From Candidatus Kaiserbacteria bacterium RIFCSPHIGHO2_12_FULL_53_13 (lineage in GTDB: Bacteria > Patescibacteriota > Minisyncoccia > Phycocordibacterales > UBA2100): a stretch of DNA of 38,261 bases. The stretch's first letter is position 1. The number at the start of each line of letters is the position of its first letter. The position numbers and the translations under genes were made by a program. This document shows positions 25,848 to 35,148 of the stretch, piece after piece. The stretch covers positions 16,164 to 54,424 of the forward strand of contig MFLP01000030.1 in assembly GCA_001781555.1 (NCBI GenBank). The letters run 5' to 3'. The notes under the pieces were generated by a model. The model was not told the origin of the DNA. It saw only the letters and a program-made list of their open reading frames with translations, and ran no database searches.

Positions 25848-26927
25848 TTAAAGACCCTCTCTCTTAAGCTTTTCTATCAGATCGCGCGCGGAATGTGAAA
25901 GTTTCTTCGGGAATTCTATATTGATGCGCACAAGAAGGTCGCCTCTCGCTCCGCGACCATGCGGAACTCCGTGTTCGCGAACGCGGATGATCTCACCGTG
26001 AGCAACTCCCGCAGGCACGGTAATCGATATATCTCCGTCAAGAGAGTGTATGCCGTGTTCACCGCCCAAAAGTGCGTCAGTGAGTTTAATCGAAAGCGAG
26101 GTCAGTATGTTATTACCTTCGCGCGTGAAGACTTTGTCGGGTTTTACATGAAGCTTTACATACAAATCCCCTGCTCCGCCGCCAGTCGCGGCTTCTCCTC
26201 GTCCAGGCATCCGTATCATTTCGCCGTCTGAAACACCTGAAGGAACCGCGACGCGTATCTCTTCTTCTTTCTTTGCGACCCCTTGACCATTACAAATCCC
26301 GCATGGATTCTCCGGAATTTGCCCCGTACCATGACAACGCGGGCACGGCCTTGTGGAGGTAAAATTGCCGAAAAAAGTATTGCGTGATTCACGTATCTCA
26401 CCCTTGCCGTTGCACGAGCTGCAAGATGCAAGCTTTGACCCTTTCTTAGCCCCGCTCCCGCCGCAGGATTCGCATACGCTTATTTTCGCAATAAGAACTC
26501 GGCGTTCAGTGCCGAATATCGCCTCGCGGAAAGGCAATTCTATATCGATGGATATATCGCGCCCACGAGGTTTTCCGCCGCTCGCAGGCCTGCCGCCGGC
26601 AAAAAAGTCGCTGAATATATCGCCGAGGTCGAATTCCTGGAAATTGCCCTGAAATCCACCCTGTGAAAAGTTGGAGAAATCAAATCCGCCAAAGCCCCCC
26701 TGCGGTCCGCCTCCTGAACCTGAGAAGGTCTTCCCGTATGCATCGTATTCCGCCCGCTTCTTTTTATCGGAAAGTACCGCGTACGCCTCGCTCGCTTCCT
26801 TGAATTTCTTCTCGTCCCCTCCTTTCTTGTCTGGGTGGTACTTATGCGCAAGTTTCCGGAACGCTTTTTTTATCTCTTCCTCGTTAGCTGTCTTTGGCAC
26901 TCCGAGTATATCGTAGTAATTCTTCAT
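25848..26927 (-). CDS. dnaJ: Chaperone DnaJ
   Basis: J-domain (YYDILGV...HPD), a G/F region and four CxxCxGxG zinc-finger repeats. Start is ATG 26927 ([10 protein letters not shown]). Confidence 0.95.
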   Translation of the reverse strand: MKNYYDILGVPKTANEEEIKKAFRKLAHKYHPDKKGGDEKKFKEASEAYAVLSDKKKRAEYDAYGKTFSGSGGGPQGGFGGFDFSNFSQGGFQGNFQEFDLGDIFSDFFAGGRPASGGKPRGRDISIDIELPFREAIFGTERRVLIAKISVCESCGGSGAKKGSKLASCSSCNGKGEIRESRNTFFGNFTSTRPCPRCHGTGQIPENPCGICNGQGVAKKEEEIRVAVPSGVSDGEMIRMPGRGEAATGGGAGDLYVKLHVKPDKVFTREGNNILTSLSIKLTDALLGGEHGIHSLDGDISITVPAGVAHGEIIRVREHGVPHGRGARGDLLVRINIEFPKKLSHSARDLIEKLKREGL

Positions 26928-26942
26928 AGTCGTTCCATTATA
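26928..26942 (-). promoter_or_regulatory. -10 box close to the dnaJ start
   Basis: TATAAT (26942->26937) - 9 nt (GGAACGACT) - ATG (26927). Confidence 0.4.
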
Positions 26943-27007
26943 GTGCAACAATCCAAATTGAAAAGAGAAAGGCCTTGCGGCACTAAGGATCACTCTCCTC
27001 CACGCAA

Positions 27008-28870
27008 TTATGCACCGGGACTTCCCTCACCTGTGTCCGATTTCTTATCGCTTTCCTGGGGCGGCGGCTGTTGTTTGGACATTGCTTCGCCGATCGTGCT
27101 CATAGCTGTCGATAATGCTTCGGACGCGGACTTGATCGCCGCGCTGTCAGTTCCCCCTCGAGCAGTCTTAAGCGCGTCGATTTTTTCCTGCACATTTTTC
27201 TTTATTTCCTCACCTACTTTTTCTCCGTGCTCTTTGAGTGCTTTTTCCGCAGCATAGATCACCTGGTCTGCGGAGTTCTGTGCTTCAACAAGCTCCTTCT
27301 TCTGTTTGTCCGTCTCGGCGTGCACTTCCGCGTCTTGGCGCATTTTCTCAACATCCGCGTCAGTAAGCCCTGAGCGTGCCTCAATTCGTATTGATTGTTC
27401 CTTGCCGGATGTTTTATCCTTCGCTTTCACGCTTAAAATGCCGTTTGCATCGATATCGAACGTGACTTCTATCTGTGGCATGCCTTTGGTAGCAGGCGGT
27501 ATTCCGTCCAGGTTGAAGCGCCCGAGAGATTTATTGTCGGCCGCCATAGGACGTTCTCCCTGCACGACATGTATTTCCACCGACGGCTGATTATCAGATG
27601 CCGTTGAAAATACTTGAGAGCGCGACGTCGGGATAGTCGTATTACGGTCTATGAGTTTCGTCGCAACACCGCCCAAAGTCTCTATTCCCAGAGAAAGCGG
27701 AATGACGTCGAGAAGAAGAACGTCTTTCACATCGCCTTGGAGTATGCCTCCCTGGATCGCAGCTCCCACAGCAACGACCTCGTCAGGGTTCACTCCCATG
27801 TGGGGCTTCTTGCCGAAATAATCTTCCACCGCTTTTTGCATCGCGGGCATGCGTGTCTGCCCGCCGACGAGGATGACTTCGTTTATGTCCGGATTCTTGA
27901 ACGGCGACGCCTCCATCGCGCGCTTGGCGATAGCCATCGCCCTATCCACGAACTCTCTCGCCAAATCCTCCAGCTTCGCGCGTGTCATTTTGACAAGCAA
28001 ATGGCGGGGACCGGATGAGTCAGAGGTGATGAACGGGATGTTCACTTCCGTTTCAAGCGCCGTTGAGAGCTCGATTTTCGCTTTCTCTGCCGCCTCATCA
28101 AGTCGTTGGCGAGCGAGCGGGTCGTTCCTTACATCAATGCCCGATTCCTTCTTGAATTCGTCGGCTATCCAACCCATGACGCACTGATCTATGTCTTTGC
28201 CGCCGAGGTGTGCGTCGCCATCGGTCGAACGCACCTCAATGACATCATCGCCCACCTCAAGGACTGATATGTCGAAAGTCCCCCCGCCGAAATCGAATAC
28301 CACTATCTTCTCATTTTTCTTTTTATTGAAACCGTATGCAAGAGCCGCGGCCGTCGGTTCGTTAATGATGCGCTTCACGTCGAGCCCAGCTATCTTGCCA
28401 GCGTCGCGCGTCGCTTGTCTCTGCGCGTCGTTAAAGTATGCCGGCACCGTTATTACCGCCTCGGTTATCGTCTCGCCCAGTTTCGCTTCCGCATCCTGCT
28501 TTAATTTTTGAAGTATCATCGCGGAAATTTCTTCTGGTCGGTACCATTTATCGGACATTTGCAGTTCTATTCCGCCGTTCGCGGATTTGCGCATCTCAAA
28601 GGGCACCGCTTCGCGGTCTTTCACTACTGCCGGTTCATCAAAAGAGTGTCCGATGAAGCGCTTTATCTGGTATACGGTATTTTTCGGATTTGTAACGGCC
28701 TGGCGCCGGGCAAGCAGGCCGACGAGACGTTCTCCCGTTTTTGAAATGGCGACCACCGAGGGTGTTGTGCGTGCGCCTTCCGCGTTCTCAATTATCTCAG
28801 GCTCGCCGCCGCGTACTATCGCCATCGCGGAATTCGTCGTGCCGAGGTCAATGCCTAGAATTTTTCCCAT
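27008..28870 (-). CDS. dnaK: Chaperone DnaK (Hsp70)
   Basis: [28 protein letters not shown] and a full-length substrate-binding domain. Confidence 0.97.
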   Translation of the reverse strand: MGKILGIDLGTTNSAMAIVRGGEPEIIENAEGARTTPSVVAISKTGERLVGLLARRQAVTNPKNTVYQIKRFIGHSFDEPAVVKDREAVPFEMRKSANGGIELQMSDKWYRPEEISAMILQKLKQDAEAKLGETITEAVITVPAYFNDAQRQATRDAGKIAGLDVKRIINEPTAAALAYGFNKKKNEKIVVFDFGGGTFDISVLEVGDDVIEVRSTDGDAHLGGKDIDQCVMGWIADEFKKESGIDVRNDPLARQRLDEAAEKAKIELSTALETEVNIPFITSDSSGPRHLLVKMTRAKLEDLAREFVDRAMAIAKRAMEASPFKNPDINEVILVGGQTRMPAMQKAVEDYFGKKPHMGVNPDEVVAVGAAIQGGILQGDVKDVLLLDVIPLSLGIETLGGVATKLIDRNTTIPTSRSQVFSTASDNQPSVEIHVVQGERPMAADNKSLGRFNLDGIPPATKGMPQIEVTFDIDANGILSVKAKDKTSGKEQSIRIEARSGLTDADVEKMRQDAEVHAETDKQKKELVEAQNSADQVIYAAEKALKEHGEKVGEEIKKNVQEKIDALKTARGGTDSAAIKSASEALSTAMSTIGEAMSKQQPPPQESDKKSDTGEGSPGA

Positions 28871-28876
28871 ATCATC

Positions 28877-28892
28877 AATCTTTGTGAAGATT
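28877..28892. promoter_or_regulatory. 16-nt palindrome in the dnaK leader (possible operator or RNA hairpin)
   Basis: aatctt-tgtg-aagatt has perfect 6+6 dyad symmetry. It lies between the -10 box and the dnaK ATG. Confidence 0.35.
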
Positions 28893-28907
28893 TATAACGA
28901 TTACCGA

Positions 28908-28937
28908 TTTATACAGCAATAATATACGTACTGTCAA
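28908..28937 (-). promoter_or_regulatory. Sigma70-type promoter of dnaK, with a ~37-nt distance from the -10 box to the ATG
   Basis: TTGACA (28937->28932) - 18 nt - TATAAA (28913->28908). The downstream stretch holds the palindrome AATCTT-CACA-AAGATT (28877-28892). Confidence 0.5.
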
Positions 28938-28943
28938 TACTCA

Positions 28944-29537
28944 TCACTCATTCTGTTCGCGATTTATGTTGATCGCAACATGCGCAGGACGCACGATTCT
29001 CTCGTCTATGCGATATCCCCGGCGCAAAACACGCGCGATCTTCCCGGGTTCGCCAGCCTCCTCGATTTCCTGCACCGCTTCATGCGCAGCCGGGTCGAAT
29101 GCATCGCCAGATTCTCCAAACGCACGAACGCCATGTTTTTCAAGGGCGGCCGTGAGTTGAGAACGTACATTCTCCATACCTTTTCTCCAGTTTGGGTCCA
29201 TCTTAGACCATGTGTCGCTTGCCGTAGCCATATCAAAACTATCCAGTGCCGGTATAATATCCTCTATGAGCGCGTCGCGCGTGCGATTTCCGGCCCGCTC
29301 CGCCATGCTAAGAGCTTCTTTTCGGGAATTGATCGAGTCTGCTTTGCATCTTTGCCAGCCATCAAGATATTCCACGCGCTCTTTTTTACACACATCGAGA
29401 TCGTCCTTGATCTTTTTCAGTTTGGCTTGGAGAGAGCCGATATTTCCGAGTTCTTCTTCCGGTTCAAAATTTATATCTTGAACAGTATCTTCTCGGGGCT
29501 CAGTATCTTTTTCATCAGCGTGCTCGTTGGAAATCAT
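28944..29537 (-). CDS. grpE: Nucleotide exchange factor GrpE
   Basis: Acidic N-terminus, a long helix, and the C-terminal beta-domain GYRIDERIVRPAHV. Lies upstream of dnaK. Confidence 0.92.
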   Translation of the reverse strand: MISNEHADEKDTEPREDTVQDINFEPEEELGNIGSLQAKLKKIKDDLDVCKKERVEYLDGWQRCKADSINSRKEALSMAERAGNRTRDALIEDIIPALDSFDMATASDTWSKMDPNWRKGMENVRSQLTAALEKHGVRAFGESGDAFDPAAHEAVQEIEEAGEPGKIARVLRRGYRIDERIVRPAHVAININREQNE

Positions 29538-29574
29538 GGGTGGAGATTATACCACGCTCCTTCAAGCGAATCAA
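29538..29574 (-). promoter_or_regulatory. Sigma70-type promoter of grpE with extended -10, leaderless geometry
   Basis: TTGATT (29574->29569) - 17 nt - TGGTATAAT (29554->29546) - 8 nt (CTCCACCC) - ATG (29537). Confidence 0.6.
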
Positions 29575-29626
29575 AAAACCTTGGGGGAGTTCCGTCTTCT
29601 CTAGCGCTTCGACCACTCGCGGTACT

Positions 29627-29646
29627 GGGAAACCCACGGTTTTCCC
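29627..29646 (-). other. Hairpin GGGAAACC-cac-GGTTTTCCC (one bulge) in the rpsI-grpE spacer
   Basis: 8 bp plus a bulge. Its sequence is related to the neighbouring hairpin at 29661-29680. Confidence 0.5.
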
Positions 29647-29660
29647 ATTCCTTCCTACAC

Positions 29661-29680
29661 GGGGAACCAGCAGGTTCCCC
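29661..29680 (-). terminator. Perfect hairpin GGGGAACC-agca-GGTTCCCC downstream of rpsI
   Basis: 8-bp GC-rich stem with a 4-nt loop, 29 nt after the rpsI stop. No adjacent U-tract, so its terminator function is uncertain. Confidence 0.45.
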
Positions 29681-29693
29681 GATCCCCTCCTCG

Positions 29694-29729
29694 CCGCAGT
29701 GTCGCAAACTAGCGTTTGCTCCACTGCGG
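29694..29729. other. 36-nt interrupted palindrome straddling the rpsI stop codon
   Basis: CCGCAGTG-TC-GCAAAC-TAGC-GTTTGC-TC-CACTGCGG gives 8+6 bp arms with a symmetric 2x2 internal loop. The stop codon sits at the 5' edge of the apical loop and closing base pair (CTA at 29709-29711 on the + strand). Confidence 0.6.
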
Positions 29730-30104
29730 GGCTCTACGTGCACCTTTCAATCCGAATTTCTTTCTTTCTTTTGCACGAGGATCGCGCTTGAGGAACCCGC
29801 GCTGTTTCAGGTCCTTGCGGAATTCCGGAGTTATCTCAGTCAAGACGCGGGAAATGGCATGCCGAACCGCTGTCGCCTGTGATTTGTGTCCTCCGCCGGA
29901 AACTCGAACTGAGACCGAATACGCGGATCCAGTGGCTTGCAAGGGAGAAAAAGCTGTTTTTACCATTCCAGGTAGAGGAAAGTATTCTTCGGCGGTTTTT
30001 CCGTTGACGACCATTGAAGAGGTTTTCGCCGGGACGAGGCGAACGCGGGCTGTCGCAGTTTTCCTGCGCCCGACCGCCTCTGTATATGTAAGTTTCGTTG
30101 CCAT
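29709..30104 (-). CDS. rpsI: 30S ribosomal protein S9
   Basis: GRRKTATARVRL... and the C-terminal ARRAPQWSKR. Confidence 0.95.
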   Translation of the reverse strand: MATKLTYTEAVGRRKTATARVRLVPAKTSSMVVNGKTAEEYFPLPGMVKTAFSPLQATGSAYSVSVRVSGGGHKSQATAVRHAISRVLTEITPEFRKDLKQRGFLKRDPRAKERKKFGLKGARRAPQWSKR

Positions 30105-30106
30105 AA

Positions 30107-30463
30107 TTAGACCGTTATAGTGAGATTTTTCATCCGTCCTACTCGTAATGTGTTGCGGGGAAGCATACGCTCGATGGCACGTCTAAGCGGTTCACCGTGC
30201 CCTTTGCGCGCGTTTAAAGCTCCAAGACGCTCAGTCTTCAAACCGCCCGGATATCCGGAATACGTTGTGTATTTCTTCCCGAGGCGCTTTTTCTCCGGCA
30301 TCGATAGTTTCCCCGCGTTCACTATCAGAACCTTGACGTCAGATCGGATGTTAGGAACATAATCTGGAGACGTTTTCCCCATGAGTGTCTTTGCCGCTTG
30401 AGAGGCGACACGCCCGAGACTCTTACCTTCCGCATCTATCGTAAATTCAGTTTTTGCTGCCAT
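30107..30463 (-). CDS. rplM: 50S ribosomal protein L13 (short form)
   Basis: GKSLGRVASQAAKTLMGK...YTTYSGYPGGLK. Lies upstream of rpsI. Confidence 0.92.
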   Translation of the reverse strand: MAAKTEFTIDAEGKSLGRVASQAAKTLMGKTSPDYVPNIRSDVKVLIVNAGKLSMPEKKRLGKKYTTYSGYPGGLKTERLGALNARKGHGEPLRRAIERMLPRNTLRVGRMKNLTITV

Positions 30464-30475
30464 ATTTTTATTATA
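30464..30475 (-). promoter_or_regulatory. -10 box abutting the rplM start and overlapping the rplQ stop codon
   Basis: TATAAT (30475->30470) - 6 nt (AAAAAT) - ATG (30463). Confidence 0.4.
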
Positions 30476-30824
30476 CGAATTCTATGCGTGCCGCTTCCAA
30501 AACCCGCTTCCCAACGCGGCCAAGGCGAATAACCCGGGTATAACCGCCAGCGCGCTTTGCAAATCGAGGGGCTATCGTATCATGAAGTTTCTTGACAGCA
30601 TCCGGTGCTCCACCAAGCTGCGATGAGACGGAGCGGCGGGAGGAAGCCGTATTTTTCTTGCTCGCCGAGACTAACTGCTCCACGAACGGGCGCAGCTCTT
30701 TTGCTTTGGATATCGTAGTGACGATACCTTCCCGAAGGACCAATGAGCGTGCGAGGCTGCGCATGAGCGCTACTCGCCCGCCATGCTTCCTTCCCAAGGT
30801 TCGACCTTTTTTGTGATGCTTCAT
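30471..30824 (-). CDS. rplQ: 50S ribosomal protein L17
   Basis: MKHHKKGRTLGRKHGGRVALMRSLARSL... Lies downstream of rpoA. Confidence 0.94.
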   Translation of the reverse strand: MKHHKKGRTLGRKHGGRVALMRSLARSLVLREGIVTTISKAKELRPFVEQLVSASKKNTASSRRSVSSQLGGAPDAVKKLHDTIAPRFAKRAGGYTRVIRLGRVGKRVLEAARIEFV

Positions 30825-30836
30825 AGCTTTTGTGTC

Positions 30837-31817
30837 CTACTGCGAACGGAGCGTAAGCCCGAGGTTGGAAAGCGCTCTCTTTATGTCCTGCAAACCTTTT
30901 TGCCCTAATCCTTCTATTGAAAGAAGGTCGTCTTCGCGTTTTCGCACGAGACCGCCGACAGTCCGTATGGAGGCATTGTCGAGAGCGTCCTCTACGCGCT
31001 GCGGGAGCTTGAGCTCAGTTATCCGCGTCTTCAGCACCTCGGCATCAAGCGCAGTTGCTTTTTCCTCCCGACCGCCCTCGCGCGCTCCGGCAGAACCGTG
31101 CGCGAGTCCAAGCTCCGCTACTTCATCTTCCTTAAATCCGACGATGGCCTTCAGCTGATGTATCATCGTTTCTATGGAGCGCTCCAAAGCTTCGCGAGGC
31201 GCGATCGTGCCGTCGGTCTCTATCAATATCCGCAAACGATTAAAGTCGGTCCTGTCGCCCACGCGCATATTTTCGACTTCATAATTCACGCGACGTATCG
31301 GAGAGAATATCGCATCCAGCGCAATGGTGCCGATATCAACACGTTCTTTCTGATGTGCTTCTTTCGGAATATAGCCCAGGCCTCTTTCGGCGCGCAACTC
31401 TATTTCCAAATTAACTTTTCCCGTGACTTCCGCGATGTGGCTCTCGGGATTCAAGACTTCCACTTGCCCCGGCAGTTTCAGATCGGCCGCCGTCACTTCT
31501 TTCGGCCCTTTCACGTTCAAGCGAATAGTTTGCGGCTCGTCAGTGAGCAATTTAAGTCGTATCTTCCTGATATTCAACAGCAAAGTAACAACGTCCTCCT
31601 TGACACCCTCTATAGTGGAAAATTCATGCGGAACACCCGGTATCTTCACGTGTGTTACGGCCGCGCCTTGAAGCGAGGACAGGATTATTCGTCTTAGAGA
31701 ATTGCCGAGCGTGTAGCCATAGCCCGGGTATAGGCCGTCGATCTCATATGTGCCGCTTCGTTCAGATTCCGAAATGACGCGGGGCTTTGACGGGAGCGCA
31801 ATGTGATAATCAGACAT
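30837..31817 (-). CDS. rpoA: DNA-directed RNA polymerase alpha subunit
   Basis: N-terminal dimerisation domain (GYGYTLGNSLRRILLSSL) and a C-terminal domain with a helix-hairpin-helix (LKLPQRVEDALDNASIRTVGGL). Confidence 0.95.
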   Translation of the reverse strand: MSDYHIALPSKPRVISESERSGTYEIDGLYPGYGYTLGNSLRRIILSSLQGAAVTHVKIPGVPHEFSTIEGVKEDVVTLLLNIRKIRLKLLTDEPQTIRLNVKGPKEVTAADLKLPGQVEVLNPESHIAEVTGKVNLEIELRAERGLGYIPKEAHQKERVDIGTIALDAIFSPIRRVNYEVENMRVGDRTDFNRLRILIETDGTIAPREALERSIETMIHQLKAIVGFKEDEVAELGLAHGSAGAREGGREEKATALDAEVLKTRITELKLPQRVEDALDNASIRTVGGLVRKREDDLLSIEGLGQKGLQDIKRALSNLGLTLRSQ

Positions 31818-31877
31818 AAATAAAATAGTATCTTGTAATAAATTAAACGCCCCTAAAAATGATAAAAAGTGGCTGGG

Positions 31878-31886
31878 ATTATAGCA
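31878..31886 (-). promoter_or_regulatory. Possible extended -10 box immediately after the rpsD stop (rpoA leader)
   Basis: TGCTATAAT (31886->31878) is followed by a ~60-nt AT-rich leader. A second box, GATACT, lies 9 nt before the rpoA ATG. Confidence 0.3.
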
Positions 31887-32501
31887 CTATCTGCTGTAAA
31901 ACTCAAACACCGTCGGATAATCAATACCTGTCTCTGTCAATGAATAGGTCGGTTCCCCGACAACCTCCGCGCGCATCAATTCTGCATCCAGCACAACCCA
32001 CGCCGACTTCGCGCGACCTGGTTCGTCCGGATCGTTCAATTTCCCGAACAGCGCCTTGCTCCTGCTTCCTTCACGAACCGACAAGACATCTCCTACGCGG
32101 GCATTATACGAAGGAACGGTGATGCGCTTGTCATTTACCTTGATGTGTCCGTGCGAAACCATCTGCCGGGCGGCGCGGCGGGTAGGTGCGAAGCCCGCGC
32201 GGTATACGACGTTGTCCGCGCGCATTTCAAGCGCTTTGTGAAGCGAAGATGACGGGTCGGCTGTGGCAAAAGCCGTCTTGGCGTAATTTGAAAGCTGCCG
32301 TTCGGAAAGGCCGTATGTAAAACGCACGCGCTGTTTTTCTATAAGCTGCCGGCCATAGTCCGAGCCGCCACGCCTCCCGCGCCGCTCCTTTCTATTTTTT
32401 GAGCGTGCTTCCGAAAGCGCGAACTTCTGGTTCTGGCACTGTTCAAAAACAGCGGCGCCGAGGCGCTTACCTATCTTGTATTTTGATTTTACGGGAAGCA
32501 T
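31887..32501 (-). CDS. rpsD: 30S ribosomal protein S4
   Basis: Contains an S4 RNA-binding domain (RADNVVYRAGFAPTRRAARQMVSHGHIKVN). Lies between rpsK and rpoA. Confidence 0.93.
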   Translation of the reverse strand: MLPVKSKYKIGKRLGAAVFEQCQNQKFALSEARSKNRKERRGRRGGSDYGRQLIEKQRVRFTYGLSERQLSNYAKTAFATADPSSSLHKALEMRADNVVYRAGFAPTRRAARQMVSHGHIKVNDKRITVPSYNARVGDVLSVREGSRSKALFGKLNDPDEPGRAKSAWVVLDAELMRAEVVGEPTYSLTETGIDYPTVFEFYSR

Positions 32502-32515
32502 AGATTGTTTTTCGA

Positions 32516-32950
32516 TTATACTCGACGCGGTTTCGCAGGGCGCGGGCCATTATGAGGCACCGGCGTGTCATCGGCAATGCGCATAACATCGATTCCTTTC
32601 CCCGCAAAAGCTCGCAATGCTGATTCTCTCCCCGCCCCTACCCCGCGAATTATCACGTCGACTTCTTTGAGACCGATGATATTTGCTTTCTCGCCGACAA
32701 GTTCTCCGACCTTCGCGGCCGCGAACGGAGTACCTTTCTTTGCGCCGGAGAAACCGAGCGCTCCGGAAGAAGACCACGCGACGGTGTTGCCCTCTTTGTC
32801 TGCAAGCAGGACTTTCGTGTTGTTGTAGGTCGCATGAATATGCAGGGTTCCAGCCACGATGTTCTTTTTTGCAACTCGTGCGAGAGAGCGGGATTTGAGT
32901 CCCGCATCCATGCTGCTTCCTGATTTCCTGATGATGCGCTTTTTTCCCAT
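32516..32950 (-). CDS. rpsK: 30S ribosomal protein S11
   Basis: GTLHIHATYNNTKVLLADKEGNTVAWSSSG...GVGAGRESALRA. Confidence 0.95.
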   Translation of the reverse strand: MGKKRIIRKSGSSMDAGLKSRSLARVAKKNIVAGTLHIHATYNNTKVLLADKEGNTVAWSSSGALGFSGAKKGTPFAAAKVGELVGEKANIIGLKEVDVIIRGVGAGRESALRAFAGKGIDVMRIADDTPVPHNGPRPAKPRRV

Positions 32951-32953
32951 ATA

Positions 32954-33337
32954 TTATGTCTTCTCCAGCTTGCGCCGACCTGATGTCATAGTTTTGCGGA
33001 CGTTGCCCCTGGAAGTCCTGGAATTGGTTTTGGTGCGTTGGCCGCGGACAGGCAGATGCTTTGCGTGCCTCGAACCGCGATAAGATTTTATATCCTTGAG
33101 CCGCCTGATATTGCCGCTTATCTGCCTTTTAAGCTCGCCTTCGAGCGTGAATTTCTCTACGGCTTCGCGGAGCGCGGTTTCTTCTTTTGCCGAAAGGTCT
33201 TTCGGTCGCTTCCCGGCATCTATTCCCAGTGCCGAAAGTGTTGATAGGGCGCGTGGCCGGCCAACGCCGTAGATTGACGTAAGGCCTATGGCGAGACGCT
33301 TGCTCTCGGGGACTGTTACTCCGGAAATTCTTAACAT
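32954..33337 (-). CDS. rpsM: 30S ribosomal protein S13
   Basis: LTSIYGVGRPRA...YRGSRHAKHLPVRGQRTKTNSRT. Confidence 0.95.
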   Translation of the reverse strand: MLRISGVTVPESKRLAIGLTSIYGVGRPRALSTLSALGIDAGKRPKDLSAKEETALREAVEKFTLEGELKRQISGNIRRLKDIKSYRGSRHAKHLPVRGQRTKTNSRTSRGNVRKTMTSGRRKLEKT

Positions 33338-33352
33338 AATATTATATTCAAA

Positions 33353-33466
33353 TTAGCCCTGTCTTTGTTTATGGCGAGGATTGGTGCAAATAACTCGCAA
33401 GCGCCCGTGGCGCTTTACGTGTCGACAATGCATGCAGATTTTTTTTACTGAGGCCTTTACTTTCAT
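33353..33466 (-). CDS. rpmJ: 50S ribosomal protein L36
   Basis: Not in the ORF track. Hand translation gives [37 protein letters not shown] (37 aa, zinc-ribbon type). Lies between infA and rpsM. Confidence 0.93.
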   Translation of the reverse strand: MKVKASVKKICMHCRHVKRHGRLRVICTNPRHKQRQG

Positions 33467-33487
33467 GCGTTAGAAACGTTGCTGTTA

Positions 33488-33694
33488 TTATATGCGCCTG
33501 GTGATCCGCGCACGACCGCCGTAGGGGTCAAGTTGGACTGACACCTTATCTCCGACAAGCACTTTAATTCTGTGCAGACGCATCTTGCCGGCGAGATACG
33601 CTAGAACGATATCGCCAGTTGCGAGCTTTACGCGAAAAAGGGTATTAGGAAGCGCCTCGTCAACGACTCCTTCCACAACCTCTGTATCCGCCAT
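33488..33694 (-). CDS. infA: Translation initiation factor IF-1
   Basis: An S1-like OB fold: [59 protein letters not shown]. Confidence 0.95.
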   Translation of the reverse strand: MADTEVVEGVVDEALPNTLFRVKLATGDIVLAYLAGKMRLHRIKVLVGDKVSVQLDPYGGRARITRRI

Positions 33695-33736
33695 ATCTGC
33701 GCGTACGACAATAGCAGCTTAACGCTTGCGCGTCAA
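33695..33736 (-). promoter_or_regulatory. Candidate promoter of the infA-ribosomal protein block
   Basis: TTGACG (33736->33731) - 17 nt - TATTGT (33713->33708) - 13 nt - ATG (33694). Confidence 0.4.
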
Positions 33737-33739
33737 GCA

Positions 33740-35125
33740 TTATTTGACAGGCTCGGCCGCTGCCGTCTCGATATTTATGTCGGAAGGATTCTGCGGGAAA
33801 GTTCCCTTCCAGAACGGTTCGATGCGCGCACGGGCTTCTTGTATGTTCGGGAATCCTTTTATTATCTCTTGGAACGCAGACTGGTCGCGGCCCGCAAGCG
33901 CCGAAGCAACAGCGTCAACATCGACGTTCCACACTATCTGGGCCGTGCCTCTTACTGCAAAGTCAAAGGAATCCTCTCCAAGCGTAGCGCTCGACGTCGT
34001 CCCGGACGGAGTCGCCGTCAACACTTCGCCATCGGCAGTTACGATAGTGGCATTTTCAGTATCTGCGCCGGCCATCCTTGCCACGGCTCCTGCGAAAGAA
34101 GAGGCGGACAATACCGGTATCTCGACATGCGCCTTTTCATGAATGCGAACGCCGCCGCCGGCTTCCGCGGTGGGCGTAAGAGAAACATATGTGATGCGCA
34201 TTAAGTCGGGAAATACCGTCGCCGTGGTGCTCGCAAGCGCGCGTGCGCTATCGCGCGCTTTGCTCTCAAGCTGCCCGCGTATTTCTGCACGCGCGGCATC
34301 AAGCGCGCCCGGCGCGGTAGAAGGCCGACTCCCTACGAATCCTCCGCTCATCGCGTTTTGCGAGCGCGCGTACACGCGCGCGAACATATCTGCATTCGAT
34401 TTCAGTCCCGGAAGCGTGAATTTAGCAACGGGGCCGACGTTGTATTTGTCGCCTGCCTCATCCGCAAAAACGGTGACGGCAACAGAACCGGGCGTGCTTC
34501 CGCGCTTGCCTGGGATGACAACCGCCGCCGGAGTGCGGAAGATAAGGCCGTCAGGAGTCGCAAAACGGGTATTCTTCAGAAGTTGAACGCTCGCGCTTGA
34601 ATAATCGTTGTATACCGTAATAGTCCCGCTCGCGCGTTCAGAAACCTGTTCAGAACCGCTGGAAGGCACTACCTTAGAATCCTCGATATCAATAGAGGAA
34701 ACGGTGTAGGAAAGCGCGCCCACGCCAAGATTTCCCTCAGGATATGCGGTGAAGCGCGATGTCTCGTTAAAAATAACCGCGCGCGAGACCGGTATCACGG
34801 TGACCGTCGTGTCGCGAAAAGCGAGGAGGGCAACAGCTCCGAGAATTAGCAGTGCTAAAAGCGCCGCCGCCCAGATCCATATTCGCTTCTGCGGGCCTCT
34901 CCCCTTTCTCTCCTCTCCTGAAGCTGACCCTGGGGACTGCCGCGTGCGATTCGCATCCGAATGCAGTCCCCGATGAGGAGGCACGGTAATATTGCGTATT
35001 GTCCTCTCCGAAGAAGACGCCTGGGAAGGCCTGTGTCCGGACGTTCGAGAGTTCGATCTGGAACCGCCTTCGGACTGGGACAATAAGTCTGCCAAATAAT
35101 CTTTAGCCATGGTAGTGCCGTTCAT
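33740..35125 (-). CDS. Single-pass membrane protein: disordered S/R-rich cytoplasmic N-tail, large extracytoplasmic beta-rich domain (possibly Baseplate_J-like)
   Basis: TM helix IWIWAAALLALLILGAVALLAF at ~residues 80-105. The segment ASGTITVYNDYS...LKNTRFATPDGLIFRT...GSVAVTVFADEAGDKYNV recalls the baseplate J/gp47 pattern. This is a tentative match from memory. Confidence 0.5.
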   Translation of the reverse strand: MNGTTMAKDYLADLLSQSEGGSRSNSRTSGHRPSQASSSERTIRNITVPPHRGLHSDANRTRQSPGSASGEERKGRGPQKRIWIWAAALLALLILGAVALLAFRDTTVTVIPVSRAVIFNETSRFTAYPEGNLGVGALSYTVSSIDIEDSKVVPSSGSEQVSERASGTITVYNDYSSASVQLLKNTRFATPDGLIFRTPAAVVIPGKRGSTPGSVAVTVFADEAGDKYNVGPVAKFTLPGLKSNADMFARVYARSQNAMSGGFVGSRPSTAPGALDAARAEIRGQLESKARDSARALASTTATVFPDLMRITYVSLTPTAEAGGGVRIHEKAHVEIPVLSASSFAGAVARMAGADTENATIVTADGEVLTATPSGTTSSATLGEDSFDFAVRGTAQIVWNVDVDAVASALAGRDQSAFQEIIKGFPNIQEARARIEPFWKGTFPQNPSDINIETAAAEPVK

Positions 35126-35148
35126 TCTAGCACGTTAAATACGAGCGA

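Noticed and set aside
28871-29708. Looked for a CIRCE operator (TTAGCACTC-N9-GAGTGCTAA) or an HspR-type HAIR element upstream of grpE and dnaK.
   Set aside because: No match was seen in either spacer. The only loosely similar string ('ttagaggcactc', ~18956-18967) lies inside aspS and lacks the second half-site.
28980-29882. 300-aa plus-strand ORF spanning grpE, the spacer and the rpsI 3' end.
   Set aside because: It is antisense to two well-supported genes and crosses a structured non-coding spacer. Its sequence has no recognisable domain.
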